From assembly GCF_964188315.1 (NCBI RefSeq), contig NC_135662.1, positions 59,706,001 to 59,770,000 on the forward strand: a stretch of 64,000 bases of DNA, given 5' to 3'. Source of the DNA: Podarcis muralis (taxonomy: Eukaryota). A program made the position numbers and the translations under genes. Under the pieces are notes generated by a model. The model was not told the origin of the DNA. It saw only the letters and a program-made list of their open reading frames with translations, and searched no databases. This document shows, piece after piece, positions 9,605 to 22,819 of this stretch (its first letter is position 1; each line of letters opens with the position of its first letter).

Positions 9605-12600
9605 CTACAAAAGATAAAAACAGGAGTAAGCTAGTGAGGATAATTCTCCTTTTTGACGTTCAACACAACAGAATTTTTCAACAATCTCATGTCACCATCT
9701 TCCAGCACAGCTCTAGCTTCTAATCTATATTCACTAGTAACTTTTAAGAGAAATTTAAACATTCCCTTTTTCTCAGGCATTTGATGGTTGAAAGTTCTGT
9801 CCCTGGCAACCCTGAAATTCTTAGTTTTGTGAGTAGGTGATTGTTTTTTAGGATTTTTAACTGTTTTTTACAGTATTAAAGAAATTGTTTTAGTATAGAC
9901 ATGCTTGCTGCCCTGGGCTCCTTTGAAGGAAGGTACAGGAAATACATTTAATAAATAAAATTTTTCCTGTCAGTGTAGCCTGCCAGTCACAATGAGGAGA
10001 TGACCCAGGTATGTGAGCATTAAAAGAACTACTTGTACTCCTTATGTTAGAGAAACAAGTAACATGAGCTGGCTGAGAAGAAACATTTTCTATCTAGAAG
10101 TATTCATAAATATCCCATAGAGGTCACTGCAAAGTGCAGCACTTCAGTATATTTAATTGAATAATTGCTTGGGCAGTGTGGTTATCAAATTAATGGGCAA
10201 TATTAAGCTAGGAAGGACCTGCAAACATCTTTAGCAGTTAAGTTAAACATTCAAGACATCAAGCCAAACAGGAAGAACCAAAGTGAAGCACAACTACAAG
10301 GACCAAAATGAGCATGTACAAAGTACCTAATAAACATTAGCTGAACTTGCAAAGGACAGCCATTGCGATATTGTGAACACTACAGTTTAGGGGGCACGGT
10401 GTAAAACCGAACCCAAACATATGTTTGGATATATTAACAGGAATTCTGTCAAGAGACAGGAAGTAGTATTAACCACCCCTTGTCAGGCTGCATACCATGC
10501 TGCCTGGAGCCCTGTGTGCAGTTCTGGACATCAAAACACAAGGCTGATTTTATCAGAGAAGGAATCAAACAGAACTACAAGAAACAGGCCAGGATATTTC
10601 CCCTTTCTTCTTTTGCTGGCCATAGTAACCATCAATTATTTGTGGTATGACCCTTCTTCCCCTTAAGTTCTCAGGCACCCCTCAGGGAGGTGTCACAACT
10701 CTCAATTTCCCCACCAAGGTTCAGAAGTACTTGGAATCATTGAAAGTACTTCTGCTTCCAACCAACTCTAAAACCCCAAGAGATTAGTTACAAGACTCAC
10801 CTTTCCTCCAGAACCTGATACACAGAGGCACACAGGGGACAGGTGCCTTTCCTTCTCTTTCCTCCCCATTCCCAAGCGTTAGACACTCCTGCTACCTCCA
10901 AATTCTCTTTGCTATGTACTAGATCAGGGATGGACAGGTGTCGGTTATAACCAAAGATATAGTCACAGCAGGAAACTTGGCACCTGCATTTGATAGCAAC
11001 CCTGGACTAGGTGCAAGGACTCCATTTTTCACTTAGAGGCAAGGGGAAGGGGGAAAGCAGAAGATTAGAAAACTGGACAAAATTAGACAAAATTCCAGTT
11101 ATTAGCAAGGTATCGAAAAGAAGGGCAAACCCCACCATCTTACCCATTGACAAGCAGCAGGGTTTTAACTACTAGAAGGCAGATTTAGATAAAGTTTTAG
11201 GAGTTTTTCTAACTGCAGGAATTGCTCACAACATAAGAAGCAGATAGATTTTTAAAGGATACTTTATCTCTAAACAAGCAGCACCAGTACATGTTGTTAC
11301 CAAGATCTTGAATCACTTGATCATAGGAATGATCACAATAGGCTGCAGCAAGTTGCCTAGCACAGGTATGACCTGTATCTATAACATAATTGTGTCATTT
11401 GCATTGAGGATCATCTGGTTGATGAGAAGCAAGGTGAGGCACTTCAGTCTACCTAAGCCAGAACATCAGAGGAAGCAGAAGTAGCAGCTACCAGAAGATG
11501 AAGCAACTCTCCAAGGGGAAAGAACTGAAAGGGCAATTTACTCGATTCATCGAGCCTTCATGTGATAGTACTTTCCAATGCATATGGTTGTTGCTGTTCT
11601 ACTTTCAGAATCCTGCTTATTTCTCTGTTATGCAATGCTCCTAATAATTTGCAAGCCTAATGCCAATAGGTAATATATGAGCCTGGACCTGCCAACAGAC
11701 CCATCTAAGCTCCAAACTAATTTTGGAGCTCAAGGCCTGACACCAAGGCAGAGCCATGCACCTTGGACATCAAGCCTTCACCTATATCTGGGGAAAGGTG
11801 GGAACGGAGCAGGAACAGCTTCTTCTGATGCTAACAGTATGGGAGTCAGACAAAGGACCAAGGCAGGGAAATGCTACAAGAGCACAGAAGCTGCTCTTCT
11901 ACAGGACACACTGGTGTAAATGCATCTTGTTCAGTTTCAGTTATTTAATCCCTCATGTCAGGACTGCGTCACAGTTTTCTACCTATGTGAAGATGGCTGG
12001 GAGACAAAACACATAACACTTCTGCATTGTGAACTATTCTCATGTAACCAAAATGCAATGAGTGAAGTGGCTCTTCCAGATTTGCCCTATAGATTTATTT
12101 TCTGGTGTAAGTCAGTCACATAAAAGCATCTACTCTAAGACACATGTACTTCAACCTGCAGCTGAACAATGAATTACACAACAAAGGGTTATCGACTTGC
12201 ACAGTCTGTTCCCGGGAAGGTAACTAACCATCTGCTTCTGAAGACTTATGAAAAGAAACCATCTACCCTGGACATGCCATTAGCAGCAAATAATTCCTTA
12301 TGGGTAAGAGCCGGAATATGCTATTACCAAAAGCTTTGGGAACAATATCTTTTAGTGAAGTCAGAACCCACAGTGTGCTGTTTCATAATTGCTGCAGCAA
12401 TTATAGTTATCAGTGAATCATCAACAATGCAATGACGCATCTAGGGCTACCTTTACATACGTCTATGCCTTTCTTCTCAATCTGCTACATTAAGAATATA
12501 AATATACATATTGTTTTCAGCTGCACTGCGACAAAGTCCTGCTGCCACCATATGCCAAGAAGTGCTACATGGTTAGTTTCCCCCACGTAGCTCTGTATAT

Positions 12601-12714
12601 TGCCAGCAGCAAAATGGGTTTAATGTTTTGCCACTTGGACTACACCTACAAAGTTGGCGGCATAGACTATCTGGCCTTGAGGTGCAGATTAATGTAGACT
12701 GGGTGGGGTGGCCA

Positions 12715-12775
12715 CGCACTGGGGGTTGGACCAGACAACCCTTTGAATCCCTTCAAACTCCACAATTCTATGACT
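12715..12775 (+). mobile_element. CR1 LINE 3' tip
   Basis: GGGTTGGACCAGACAACCCTTTGAATCCCTTCAAACTC..ATTCTATGA, a CR1 terminal motif. Confidence 0.6.
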
Positions 12776-13038
12776 CAAATCACAGCTATGCCAGGACAAT
12801 GTGGTGGTGCAGAGACAGCCAAAGTGTGCCACTTATGCCCAATAGCAGGGATAGGGAGCCTGTGTTAGAATATTCCATTCCACCTTAAGGGACAGGCATG
12901 AGACTGTTGTGTGTCACATGTCTGCTTACACTCCAGCACAGCTTGCTGGGAACTTCCATTTGTGTATAATTTTTGCTTTTAAGTTGCTTGCTTTGGACAT
13001 GAAGGGGAGAAGTCATGTTTTCCTTTTGTCCGGATGTA

Positions 13039-13262
13039 CAGTGGTACCTCGGGTTAAGAACTTAATTCGTTCCGGAGGTCCGTTCTTAACCTGAAGCACC
13101 ACTTTAGCTAATGGGGCCTCCCGCTGCCGCCGCACCACCAGAGCACGATTTCTGTTCTCATCCTAAGCAAAGTTCTTAACCCGAGGTACGATATCTGGGT
13201 TAGCGGAGTCTGTAACCTGAAGTGTCTGTAACCTGAAGCATATGTAACCCGAGGTACCACTG
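13039..13262. mobile_element. Tigger-like MITE, subfamily B
   Basis: TIR CAGTGGTACCTCGGGTT...AACCCGAGGTACCACTG, TA TSD. Confidence 0.92.
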
Positions 13263-13497
13263 TATGCTGAATAAACTGCTTGTAAATATGCTCAACACAG
13301 CCTTTCCCTGCCACTTCTGTTGCACAGTGTTATTTGCTGAGTGTGTGTGCCCAGCTTCTGAAGGCTTCTGAAGCTAGGGTCACAGTTTCATGCTGATCCA
13401 AGGACTGGAGATCACCTGGCACATTGGCCAGTGGGCTGGGGCCAGCTGGAGGCCTGCCAATTGCCCCCAATTCCTTGGCTGCATCCCAAAAGCCTGT

Positions 13498-13620
13498 AAC
13501 CCTCTGGATGTTGGTGGACTACAACCCCACCATCCCTGACCATTGGCCTTGCTGGCTCGGGCTGATGGGAGTTGTACAGCAACATCTTCTGCAGGTCCAC
13601 TGGCCCTTCTTATCCCTGCC
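13498..13620. mobile_element. Hairpin hAT-like MITE remnant
   Basis: GATGTTGGTGGACTACAACCCCACCATCCC...GGGCTGATGGGAGTTGTACAGCAACATC inverted arms. Confidence 0.55.
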
Positions 13621-13749
13621 CTAAACATAGGTGATCACACACACTTATGTACACATTCATGAACCTGAAGAGCTACAACCACCCCCTCATTCAGTATTCT
13701 TAATGGTTGAGTCAAGTATGAAACAGAGGTCCGCAGTAAAACAAGGTAC

Positions 13750-14416
13750 TGAGGACTGGGACATTTGCAGGGAAACCAACATGCTTGTTTACAAAGCTAC
13801 TGTACTACCAACCTTACTGTATGCTTGTGAAACAGGGACCACTTATAAACGCCATCTCCTACTTTTCAAAAGATTCCATCAATGGTGTCTCCGAAAATTT
13901 TTACATATCACTTGGGAAGACAGGCGAACTAATACCAGTGTACTGGAAGAAGGAAAGATCACCAGTTTTGAAGCAATGATTCTTCAACACCAACTTCGTC
14001 GGACTGGTCATGTTGTGCGGATGCCTGATAATCATCTTTGAAAGCAACTACTCTATTCCGAACTTAAAAATGGAAAGCGTAATGCTGGTGGTCTTAGGGC
14101 AATTTTTTAAAAGATGTAGTATAAAAACCAACAATTGGGAAACGCTTGCGAGGGCTACAATTGGAGAACAGCCTTTACCAAAGGTGTCATGGGCTTTGAA
14201 GACACTCAAACTCAGGACGCAAGGGAGAAACGTGCTAAGAGGAAGGCACGCTTGGCAAATCCACACCATGATCAACTCCCACCTGGAAACCAATGTCCCC
14301 ACTGTGGAAGGACATGTGGATCCAGAATTGGCCTCCACAGTCACTTACGGACTCATTGTTAAAACCGTGTTTATGGAAGACAATCTTACTCGGCTACGAG
14401 TGATCGCCAAAGAAGC
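13750..14416 (+). mobile_element. 5'-truncated RTE-clade LINE (not BovB), RT C-terminus with frameshifts
   Basis: Translations VYKATVLPTLLYACET..FHQWCLRKFLHITWEDRRTNTSVL..GHVVRMPD and C-terminal CPHCGRTCGSRIGLHSHLRTH; short GAAG tail. Confidence 0.85.
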
Positions 14417-14529
14417 ACTGGGTAATTAGGGCCCCTTTTAGTATACTTGGCATGAAGGAGTAGAGCTTGCTTTCCAGGTTAAATGGCAGGGCCTTCTGCA
14501 TACCTCCCTAGATACACATCAGGCACAAG

Positions 14530-14951
14530 CTTTAAACGACTCAGGACCACAATATCTCAAGGAGCGCTTCTCCCCATGTGAACCGACCCAAGTCCTGCAA
14601 TCACCACCTGAGGCCCTTCGTGTGCTGTTTCCATGAGAGGTCCAGAGGGTAGCAACAAGAGAAAGAGTCTTTTCTGTGGTGGCTCCCGGTTTGTGGAATG
14701 TTCTTCCCAGGGAGGCTTGCCTGGCACCTTCTTTACATATCTTTAAGCAGCAGGCGAAAAGGTTTCTCTGTAACCTTTGGCTGATTAACCTTCAATGGCC
14801 TTTTAAATGTGGCTGGGGGTGGTGGTTATTGGTTTGTTTTTATTTTATTATGTATTTCGTGTTCTCATTTTGCATTTTTATCTTGAGAACCACCGTGTGA
14901 TCTTTGGAGGAAGGACAGGATGCAAATTTAATTAGTAACAATAATAATAAT
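14530..14951 (+). mobile_element. L2 LINE 3' end
   Basis: VVAPGLWNVLPRE..APSLHIFKQQAK peptide (L2 RT C-terminus), then a 3' UTR and (AAT)n tail. Confidence 0.8.
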
Positions 14952-15911
14952 GCACTCCAGTATTTACAGAGAAATATTTTCAGCCTGTATGAAATAGACA
15001 GGAATTTATTTCAAGTATCAAAAATGTAGTATTCAGGAGACATCTCTGCTTGGGATGGGCGGTACTATGAGTGTTTCAGTGTGAGTAAACCTCCTTAAGT
15101 TTAGGGAGGCTTAAGGCCTAGACACTACAGCAGCAACCACATGTTATTCACTTTTCAAGTGAAAAGGTGGAGGTTTCAATTTTATCAAAGAGACAGAAGG
15201 GAACACTTCCTTCCCTGTCCACTTTACCTCCTTGAAGTGCATCATCCCTGAGTCTTTTCTCCCCCAGCCTCACTCAGCATTCCAGGCTGAAAGGAAAGGT
15301 ATCTGTTTCAAAAGCCCTGAAGAAGTTAAGCAGTGGAGGGAGGAGGCTCAGGGTATGTCCCCTATGTCCACCTAGTTCCTCCTACCCACTGCTTTGTGTG
15401 TGAATGAGGGAGACAAATTAACAAAGAGATACGTATGCCACTGTATGCCCAGTTTGGCCCTCAGTAAACCCAGGCATCTCTGAATTCTAGGTGTTAAAAA
15501 AAGTAGGATATGCCTTTATGGGACAGATCCTTTCATTTCCCAACATGGCTATCTCTTTCCTTTCAGGAAATGCTCTGCTCACTTGGGGTTTACACAGAGG
15601 AGAAGCAAAAGGACTGTCCTTCAGACAATGCCATTTGACAATGTTATACCACAAAAGGTCAACAACAACTAGGTCATCATTCAGGGGCGCTCAGCGTCAA
15701 AACAAAAGGGAACACTGCAGGCTGGGAATGTCTCAATGCTGCCTAAACTGGCTGGGAAAACAGCCCCAGCTGGAAAGGCAAAAGAAAACTACTCTTCCCT
15801 ACAACAGCCACCACTTAACCACAAATAATCAATGTAAAGGCACCACACACCCATGGAAGGAAGTAAATGGCTTAGGACCAGGTTCCTTTAAAAGACTGTC
15901 TTACAAAGTAG

Positions 15912-15941
15912 TTCTTCTTCTTCTTCTTCTTCTTCTTCTTC
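15912..15941. repeat. (TTC)10 microsatellite
   Basis: Direct reading. Confidence 0.95.
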
Positions 15942-16826
15942 CTCTGTCTGCTATTATAAAGCTATCCACTATTACTACAGGACTTTGAAAGCAGCAAAAC
16001 GGTAACACAACACAGTATTATGTCCAGAGTTGACTCAATCTAAATAGACTTTCGATAGAAGATGGAGTCAGCCTCAGGTGAAGAAAACAGAAGAGTTGTC
16101 ACAAATTCAGTTTGCAGAGCCTCAGCACTGTCCACAGTATAATCAGCATTTCTGTCTATTCCATTCGATGGAAAAGCTCTGCTACTTTGTCTTGGTGGTC
16201 TCCGGCCCGGGTAAAGTGTCCCTAACACATCTCCCAAGCAGCCAAAACATCAACGTGCCCTTGAGTGTACCACCAAACCGTAATAATGTCAGATGACACA
16301 TAAATTGGCTTTAAGATGCCTACCACGTGTCTGTTGCAAGCTGCTGTTTTGACACAACACAGAGTAAGGCTTTCATAAAATAATATTAAAATCTATTCTG
16401 GGCATAGCCAAATGCTGCTGCAAACCTGAAGGGTTATTCTTCTCTCGAAGCAGGCTCTGGCACCATATAAGTTGCTTTTAATGTCCCCTCAATTTAAAAA
16501 ATGGCTTGCGATGTGCTATTAACGATGGCTATTCCAGAAAACAAATCCAAAACAGTTTTGGACTCACAAAACTAGCTGCACAGTTCCTTTGGATCTTGGC
16601 CCAAGTATCCATATTGTATTATTTTCTTGCAGTTTCAAGGAATAACAGCTAGCTGCCACAGGAAACAGGATGTTAGACAATTAACAAAATGAGCGAAGAG
16701 CACTCCCTGTAAGAATCTGTTCTCACCCACTATATCTTTAAAGCTTGATGTGGGAGGTAGCCCTGAGACTTCATAGTACAATCACAGAAACAAGGAAAGA
16801 ATTTTTTCAAAGTGAATATTCTCTCT

Positions 16827-16845
16827 CACACACGCACGCACACAC

Positions 16846-16886
<41 letters not shown>
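16827..16886. repeat. Imperfect (CA)n microsatellite
   Basis: Direct reading. Confidence 0.95.
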
Positions 16887-16888
<2 letters not shown>

Positions 16889-17363
16889 AAGTTCAGGTTG
16901 CATAATACATTACTGGGAGTAGCCTCTTCAAACAAACAAGGATTTATTGCTGAGAGAACTGCCAGCCAACTGAAATTGTTGATCTTTCCTTGTCCTAGAT
17001 ATAACATGAAAAGGCACATAGTTATAACCTGAAGGGTCTCAAGCCTGATTGCTGTAATATAATACACTATAATATATAATTGAAGGACCACGAACTAGGG
17101 TTCCCGGGATTGAAGTAATAACTAAAAAGAAGTTAATAGTGCACTTAAAAGTTATCATGCTGCATGTCAGTGCAAATCCACAGTCTTCCACACAAAAACA
17201 CAAACACCCCACCAAGCACAAAAAGATGTTTCATCCAAAAACCTGTTAACCAGGAACACAACAGAATAAAGAGGCTTAAATACATTTTTGCTATTATTCC
17301 AGACACAGTGGAATTCACAATCAGGATTAATTAGGGACATTAGTTGGCCATTACCAATTTTTT

Positions 17364-17585
17364 AGAGCCAGCTGTGGTGTAGTGGTTAGAGTACTGGACT
17401 AGGGTCTGGGAGAATAGACTTCTAATCCTCACACAGCCATGAAACTCACTAGGCCAATTATTGCCTCTCAGCCTAACCTACCTCACACATGGTTGTTGTG
17501 CAAATAAAATGAAGAGGATGAGGAACCACGTACACCAACTTGAACTTCTTGGAGAAGAAGGTAGACTATATGTGCAAATAATAAT
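17364..17585 (+). mobile_element. Older Squam3-like SINE
   Basis: AGAGCCAGCTGTGGTGTAGTGGTTAGAG head; CTCTCAGCCTAACCTACCTCAC core; AAT tail. Confidence 0.75.
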
Positions 17586-17588
17586 CGC

Positions 17589-17622
<34 letters not shown>
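17589..17622. repeat. (CAT)11 microsatellite at the SINE tail
   Basis: Direct reading. Confidence 0.95.
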
Positions 17623-19408
17623 TTGTGGCCAAATCAAGGCATTAGGGACTAACTACCTATCTTCTTCCTCAGAAAAAGGTATTAGATAAGAATAGTTTGG
17701 TTTAACTTTAAATCTGTTAACATTTATATCCAGCCCTTTCTCCAAGTACATATGGAGTTATGTGATGGTCCCCCATGAGGGGTTGACTTGGACCAGTCCA
17801 GCTTAGCTTCATGTCAGAGACAGAACAATATCAAGCATCTTCAGATTACTGTCTGGGTGCAATTCTAAGTACCGCAAATGTTAAGTGAAAACTAGACCTC
17901 GCAAGAGAAAAACATATCAGACTAATATTGAGGGGAAACTAAAGTTGGACTACATTTACTTAACCTTTAAAATCTATTAGACCAGGAACCTTTAGAAAGC
18001 ACGCAAGCACAGTATTCATACTTTGCAAACCTTTACTCTGTTTGCTTTTAAACGTTCTCCTGTCTATCTATGGCACTATACCACAAACAGATTTCTAATC
18101 TTTTATTACCATCTCGTATACACTTTAAGAAAATATGTTCAAAGATTAATCTGCCAACGGAACATAGAATACGTGGGGAAGATAAACAAGTGCTTCATCT
18201 GTTTAAAAGAACCAAATGCACAGATTGCTTTTATATTTCTCGCAACCAATTCAACACAAGTGAAAGGAAAAAGAACCAAGATGGAAGAGGAGCTACGGTA
18301 CAAGGTGTTGATGTTATTTTGCCATCAAGACGTGTGTGTGTGTGTGTACCAATTGTAGTATAAGCTCATCCTGTTTAATAAGGAACTAGTTCCATCTCAA
18401 GGCTGCTTTTTTACAAAACAAACTACTTCAGTTCAAGTTCATTAAAAGTTCATCCCCAATATTCCCTCCCCCCAACATTCAGAACATTGCAAACTGCTAT
18501 AGGGTCCAAAAGTAAATCAGGGACCACAAATGAGTAATAAGGTATCTGACAGATAAAAGGTCAACAGGTGACACTTTCTCCATAATAGAAAAGGCTTGCC
18601 CAGTTTAATATGTGCCAGCCACAAGGCATGGTTCACTTTGTTATTGTACCAGTACTTCTTGCGGCAAGGTACTCCTGTTGGAAGATAGAATATCTCTTCA
18701 GCAGGGAAGATACAGGAAATTCCTTGCATTCCTGATTACTAAGTGACAGTGGAAACGGTAGCACCTCCATATCTGCCTAATAAGCCTTAGAATTTTGCTG
18801 CTTCTTCTTTTATTACTCACTTTTTTATATATGTTCAATTGACTTGCTTTTTTAAAATGAAAGCTAAGAATCTGAATCTTTGGCTGGGGGTGGATGGGAA
18901 AGAATCAATGTGAAGATGAACTAGAAATTGTTCAAAATTCTATTTCAAAATGAATTTTATTCATCTTTAGTTCAACTGGAAATTTGGATAATTGGTTTCA
19001 GATGTAGTTCAGATTTGTGCAACTGAACTAGTTCACTTTTGCATAGTAAGGCCTATATTTTCAAGTGACAGAAACAACCATGGAAGTGAAATTAACCAAC
19101 AAGACAAAAGAAAACCCTCTTTTGTATGCCAAGATTCATAACATTTCCCAGTGTTTTGAACAGGATAGTTCCCACCTCCCCAATGCAAGACAGAGAGTAT
19201 CAAGATTAACATTTCATGAGGCTAAACTCTTATTTGGCAAACTGAGCAGATGTTTGTTAACATTCAACTATAATGGGTTCTTACAAAAATTACTCATTGA
19301 CAGTTGTGATACTTCCACATGACATTAAAAGCAAAAGATAGAACTCAGTTCTTATTAATTCAACATCTGATTAACTGAAGAGAGCAATAATGCTTCACAA
19401 AGTGTATA

Positions 19409-19639
19409 CAGTGGTGCCCCGCAAGACGAAATTAATTCGTTCCGCAAGTTTTGTCGTCTAGCGAATTTTTCGTCTTGCGAATTATTATTTAGACAAAGGA
19501 AACAAAGTCGCGAGACGTTTTCGTCTTGCGAAGCAAGCCCATAGGGAAATTCGTCTTGCGAGGCAACTCTCAAACGGAAAAACCTTTCGTCTAGCGAGTT
19601 TTTTGTCTTGCGAGGCATTCGTCTTGCGAGGTACCACTG
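19409..19639. mobile_element. Tigger-like MITE, subfamily C (CpG-rich)
   Basis: CAGTGGTGCCCCGCAAGACGAA...TTCGTCTTGCGAGGTACCACTG, TA TSD, repeated TCGTCT(T/A)GCGA units. Confidence 0.9.
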
Positions 19640-21221
19640 TATAGCTGTTCTGTGCCAGAGTATGTAGTTTCAGTCTATAGAAGTGGTTTGCAAACTATAC
19701 TCTGAGAAACCCCCAGGTTCATGAAAAATATATCTAAAGGGAGACCAGCTTCATTTTAGAAAGAAAGCTTTCCATCTTCTACATGCAAAAGAAGAGTGCT
19801 GAGGGGGGCAAATTCAGTTTACATTGTGCCTCCTATAGCATGCCACAGAATTCAATGTCTCAGGGAGTCGCTGCAGAGGTTCTGTGACAAACACATCCTG
19901 AAGACAGAACATGTGAAAGCCACTGTCCTATTAAGTCGCTTGTCTACACATTTGGTAATGGTGGTTCTTCATAATACACCACTGTATTAACTTACAACCA
20001 AGCAAAGGACACATATTGTGGGATAGTGCAGTCAAACATAAATATACATGAGTGCTAGTTAGCACTTGAAGGGTTTAAAAGAGCTGGATTCCTAGACTCA
20101 GCTAGGTTACGCCCCCTTTTTCCAGCAAAAGGGAAAGTGAAGCCTTCTCTTCCTGTTCCTCACTCACTCTGCACCATGTAACTGACCAAGAAAGACGGGT
20201 CCAAGCAAGCTGCAAGCTTAGAGCAGGTGTTTGGAACTGTATTTTCTACCCAAGATATTTTGCATGTGTTCTCCTTGCTGCTGCTTGGATAAATGCACAT
20301 ATCTGACCTTTGGAACATTTTGTAAGTAAAGCATTTTAAACTTAACAGTGTGTGGTCTGTTCATTGCAAGAGGGGAAGAAAGTGGGAAATGTTGTATGGA
20401 ATCAAGCAGGATAAAAGGGTCTAACAACCTATATCTTCACATTATGCTGCTGCCAAACTACTCTTCTATTGGGTGCTCTCTCCTGCTGGAGGATGAATTT
20501 GGCCCCACATTTTTTAATTCAGGCACCCAGCTGATTATTTTATTACTGTATTTGTGCCATACATGTGGGTCACAGGATCATCCATTTTTCCTCCCAGATA
20601 CATATTTCCTATCATCCCATGTTCATCTTTAAAAGGGTTATTACATCTCCTGTAATAAAGTCCACTATCTTCCATTTAAGTACAGTACATCAACTGTGTA
20701 TAAAAAAATCTAAGTATTTTCTAGATAGGTGAATAGCAAACAAAGCAAAATATAGGGTTTAGCCACAATAAAACCTGGTCTATTTTTTCAGGGCCATAGT
20801 TGATACTGCTGCACTTTGGCACTCCTCTATTCATGACAGCTCACCTCGGCCATTCTAACAGCCCTGCTGTTCAGTCACCCCCTGCTGATTTCCTGTAATT
20901 GTTTTCTCACCTTCACACCCAAGAGCCCATGACTCTTGAGTCCTTCTGCCGCCATAACTTTACCCCAGCCCTGGATGCACACAGTTACGTTCTTTTCTGA
21001 TCACGTGGGTCACACACCTGGCCTCTGCATGATCAGCTCCTCCATCCTTTCCTGCAGTTCTTTTGCAGACTTTATCTAATCTTTCCCAGAAAGCTGAGGT
21101 TGCAGGTCTGGCAAAGAACTGTGCCCGAGAACCTGGACCCATGTAATATTCTGCAACAAAAGTGCTTCGCAACAGCTATGAAATACGTTTTATGTTTTAA
21201 GAAAATCAAGGTCGCACTCAC

Positions 21222-21280
21222 CAGCAAAGCAGCTGGAGTAGGAACAAAATGAGCAGCAAAAAACTATGAAAAGCAGTGGC
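21222..21280 (-). other. Candidate non-coding RNF144B exon (upstream boundary uncertain)
   Basis: Strong minus-strand donor CTG|GTGAGT at 21221-21216, next to a (GGGGT)n box and kappaB-like motifs. Confidence 0.3.
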
Positions 21281-22518
21281 GGGGGTGGGGTGGGGTGGGG
21301 TGGGGGAATCAAAGCTAAGTTCTCCATCTCCTCAGAAGAACAGCCTTAATCAGTCTCCTAAGAGTGAAAAGGTCAGGTGAGTTTCCTAATGGAGGGACTT
21401 CCAGCCTGGAAAATTCCAGTGAGAAGGCCCTGCTTTTCATACTCACCTACTGTACCTCTTTCGGTAAAGACACAGAAAGCAGGGCCTTCAACAAAACTGA
21501 CCAGGTCAATTGTGCAAGTTCATATGGGAACAGCCAGATCCTTTCTGCACCCAGAAAAGGACATGGAAGGCATACTAAGAAGGTAAAAGGCTCCTCTTCT
21601 GGACACCATTGCTACCTGGGCATCCAAGACCACTTACCTGATCCTTAAGCATGTTTACAACTCCATTCTGATCTGGCTGAAAAGTTACTCCAGTGAAATG
21701 TTTATGCCTCTCACACAGAGACTGCCATCTCCCATATCAATGACTCATACCATATACTTATAAATCCTTTTTTTCATTATTCCCATGACTACCGCAGAGG
21801 AAAGAGGCAAAGCATTAAAACTAGCCTTCAGCTTCCTAACATTGAAAAGTCAATACTGTTAAGTGGGAGTAAGTGTGGGCACAAACAGCCAGCGCTTTCA
21901 TTTTTAGTTTGTAAAAAATAAGGCTGCATTGTGCCTCACTCTGATCACCATTTCCTCCTTCCTCAAAAAGGCACAAAGCAACCTGCCTTACTTTGTCATC
22001 TCAAAAACCATGTAAAGACCTCCGCAGTAATCTGGAAGCTTGCCTCCATTAAAAAGAGCCTTGATGCAACTTCAGTGGAATGAGCAGTGGAGATAACTGA
22101 AGGGTATGGAACAAAAAATATTGTATAACATGAGGACCAGGTTTTCTGAAAGCAAGGACACATAGTGAGGAGGCAGAAACATGTGCAAGGTCATCCACTT
22201 GTCAGTGCCAAATCTTGCAGATATCAAAATCCAATGTCCCCAGAAAAACGCTTAGAGCAAAAAGTTCTTTCTGTCAAGGTCTGAATTCTCTTGAGGGTAA
22301 TAATATTCTGTTGAGGGTCACAAGACAATGGTGGGCAGAGTAAGAGCCAACAATGTGTGGAGACAGAGACAAAAGTGCTCTGGATTAACTAATCTGGAAT
22401 AACAACCACCCTGCTTCAATTTTTCCACAGTGAGTACCTCAAATTAGGATTTCCAACCCCGTGTAGATTTTCTTAGAAGTATTTATTTAAATATAACATG
22501 AATATATATATCATAGTA

Positions 22519-22740
22519 CAGTGGTACCTCGATTTATGAACTTAATCCGTTCCGGAAGTCCAAAACCGGTCTTAAACTTTCCCTAACAAGGGCTCTCCCA
22601 CCGCTGGTGCCCTTCCACTGTTTGGCTTCCATTCTTAGACCGAGGTAAAGTTCGCAAACCAGGACACTACTTCCGGTTTTGCGGAGGTCTTAAACCGAAT
22701 ACTTCAGAAACAGGGCTGTTTTTAAACCGAGGTACCACTG
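22519..22740. mobile_element. Tigger-like MITE, subfamily D
   Basis: CAGTGGTACCTCGATTTA...TAAACCGAGGTACCACTG, TA TSD. Confidence 0.88.
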
Positions 22741-22819
22741 TATACATATTTAAATATATGGTACAAATATATTATTTTAGACATAAACCCTACTTGATTT
22801 AGAACATATAAAGCTGCCT

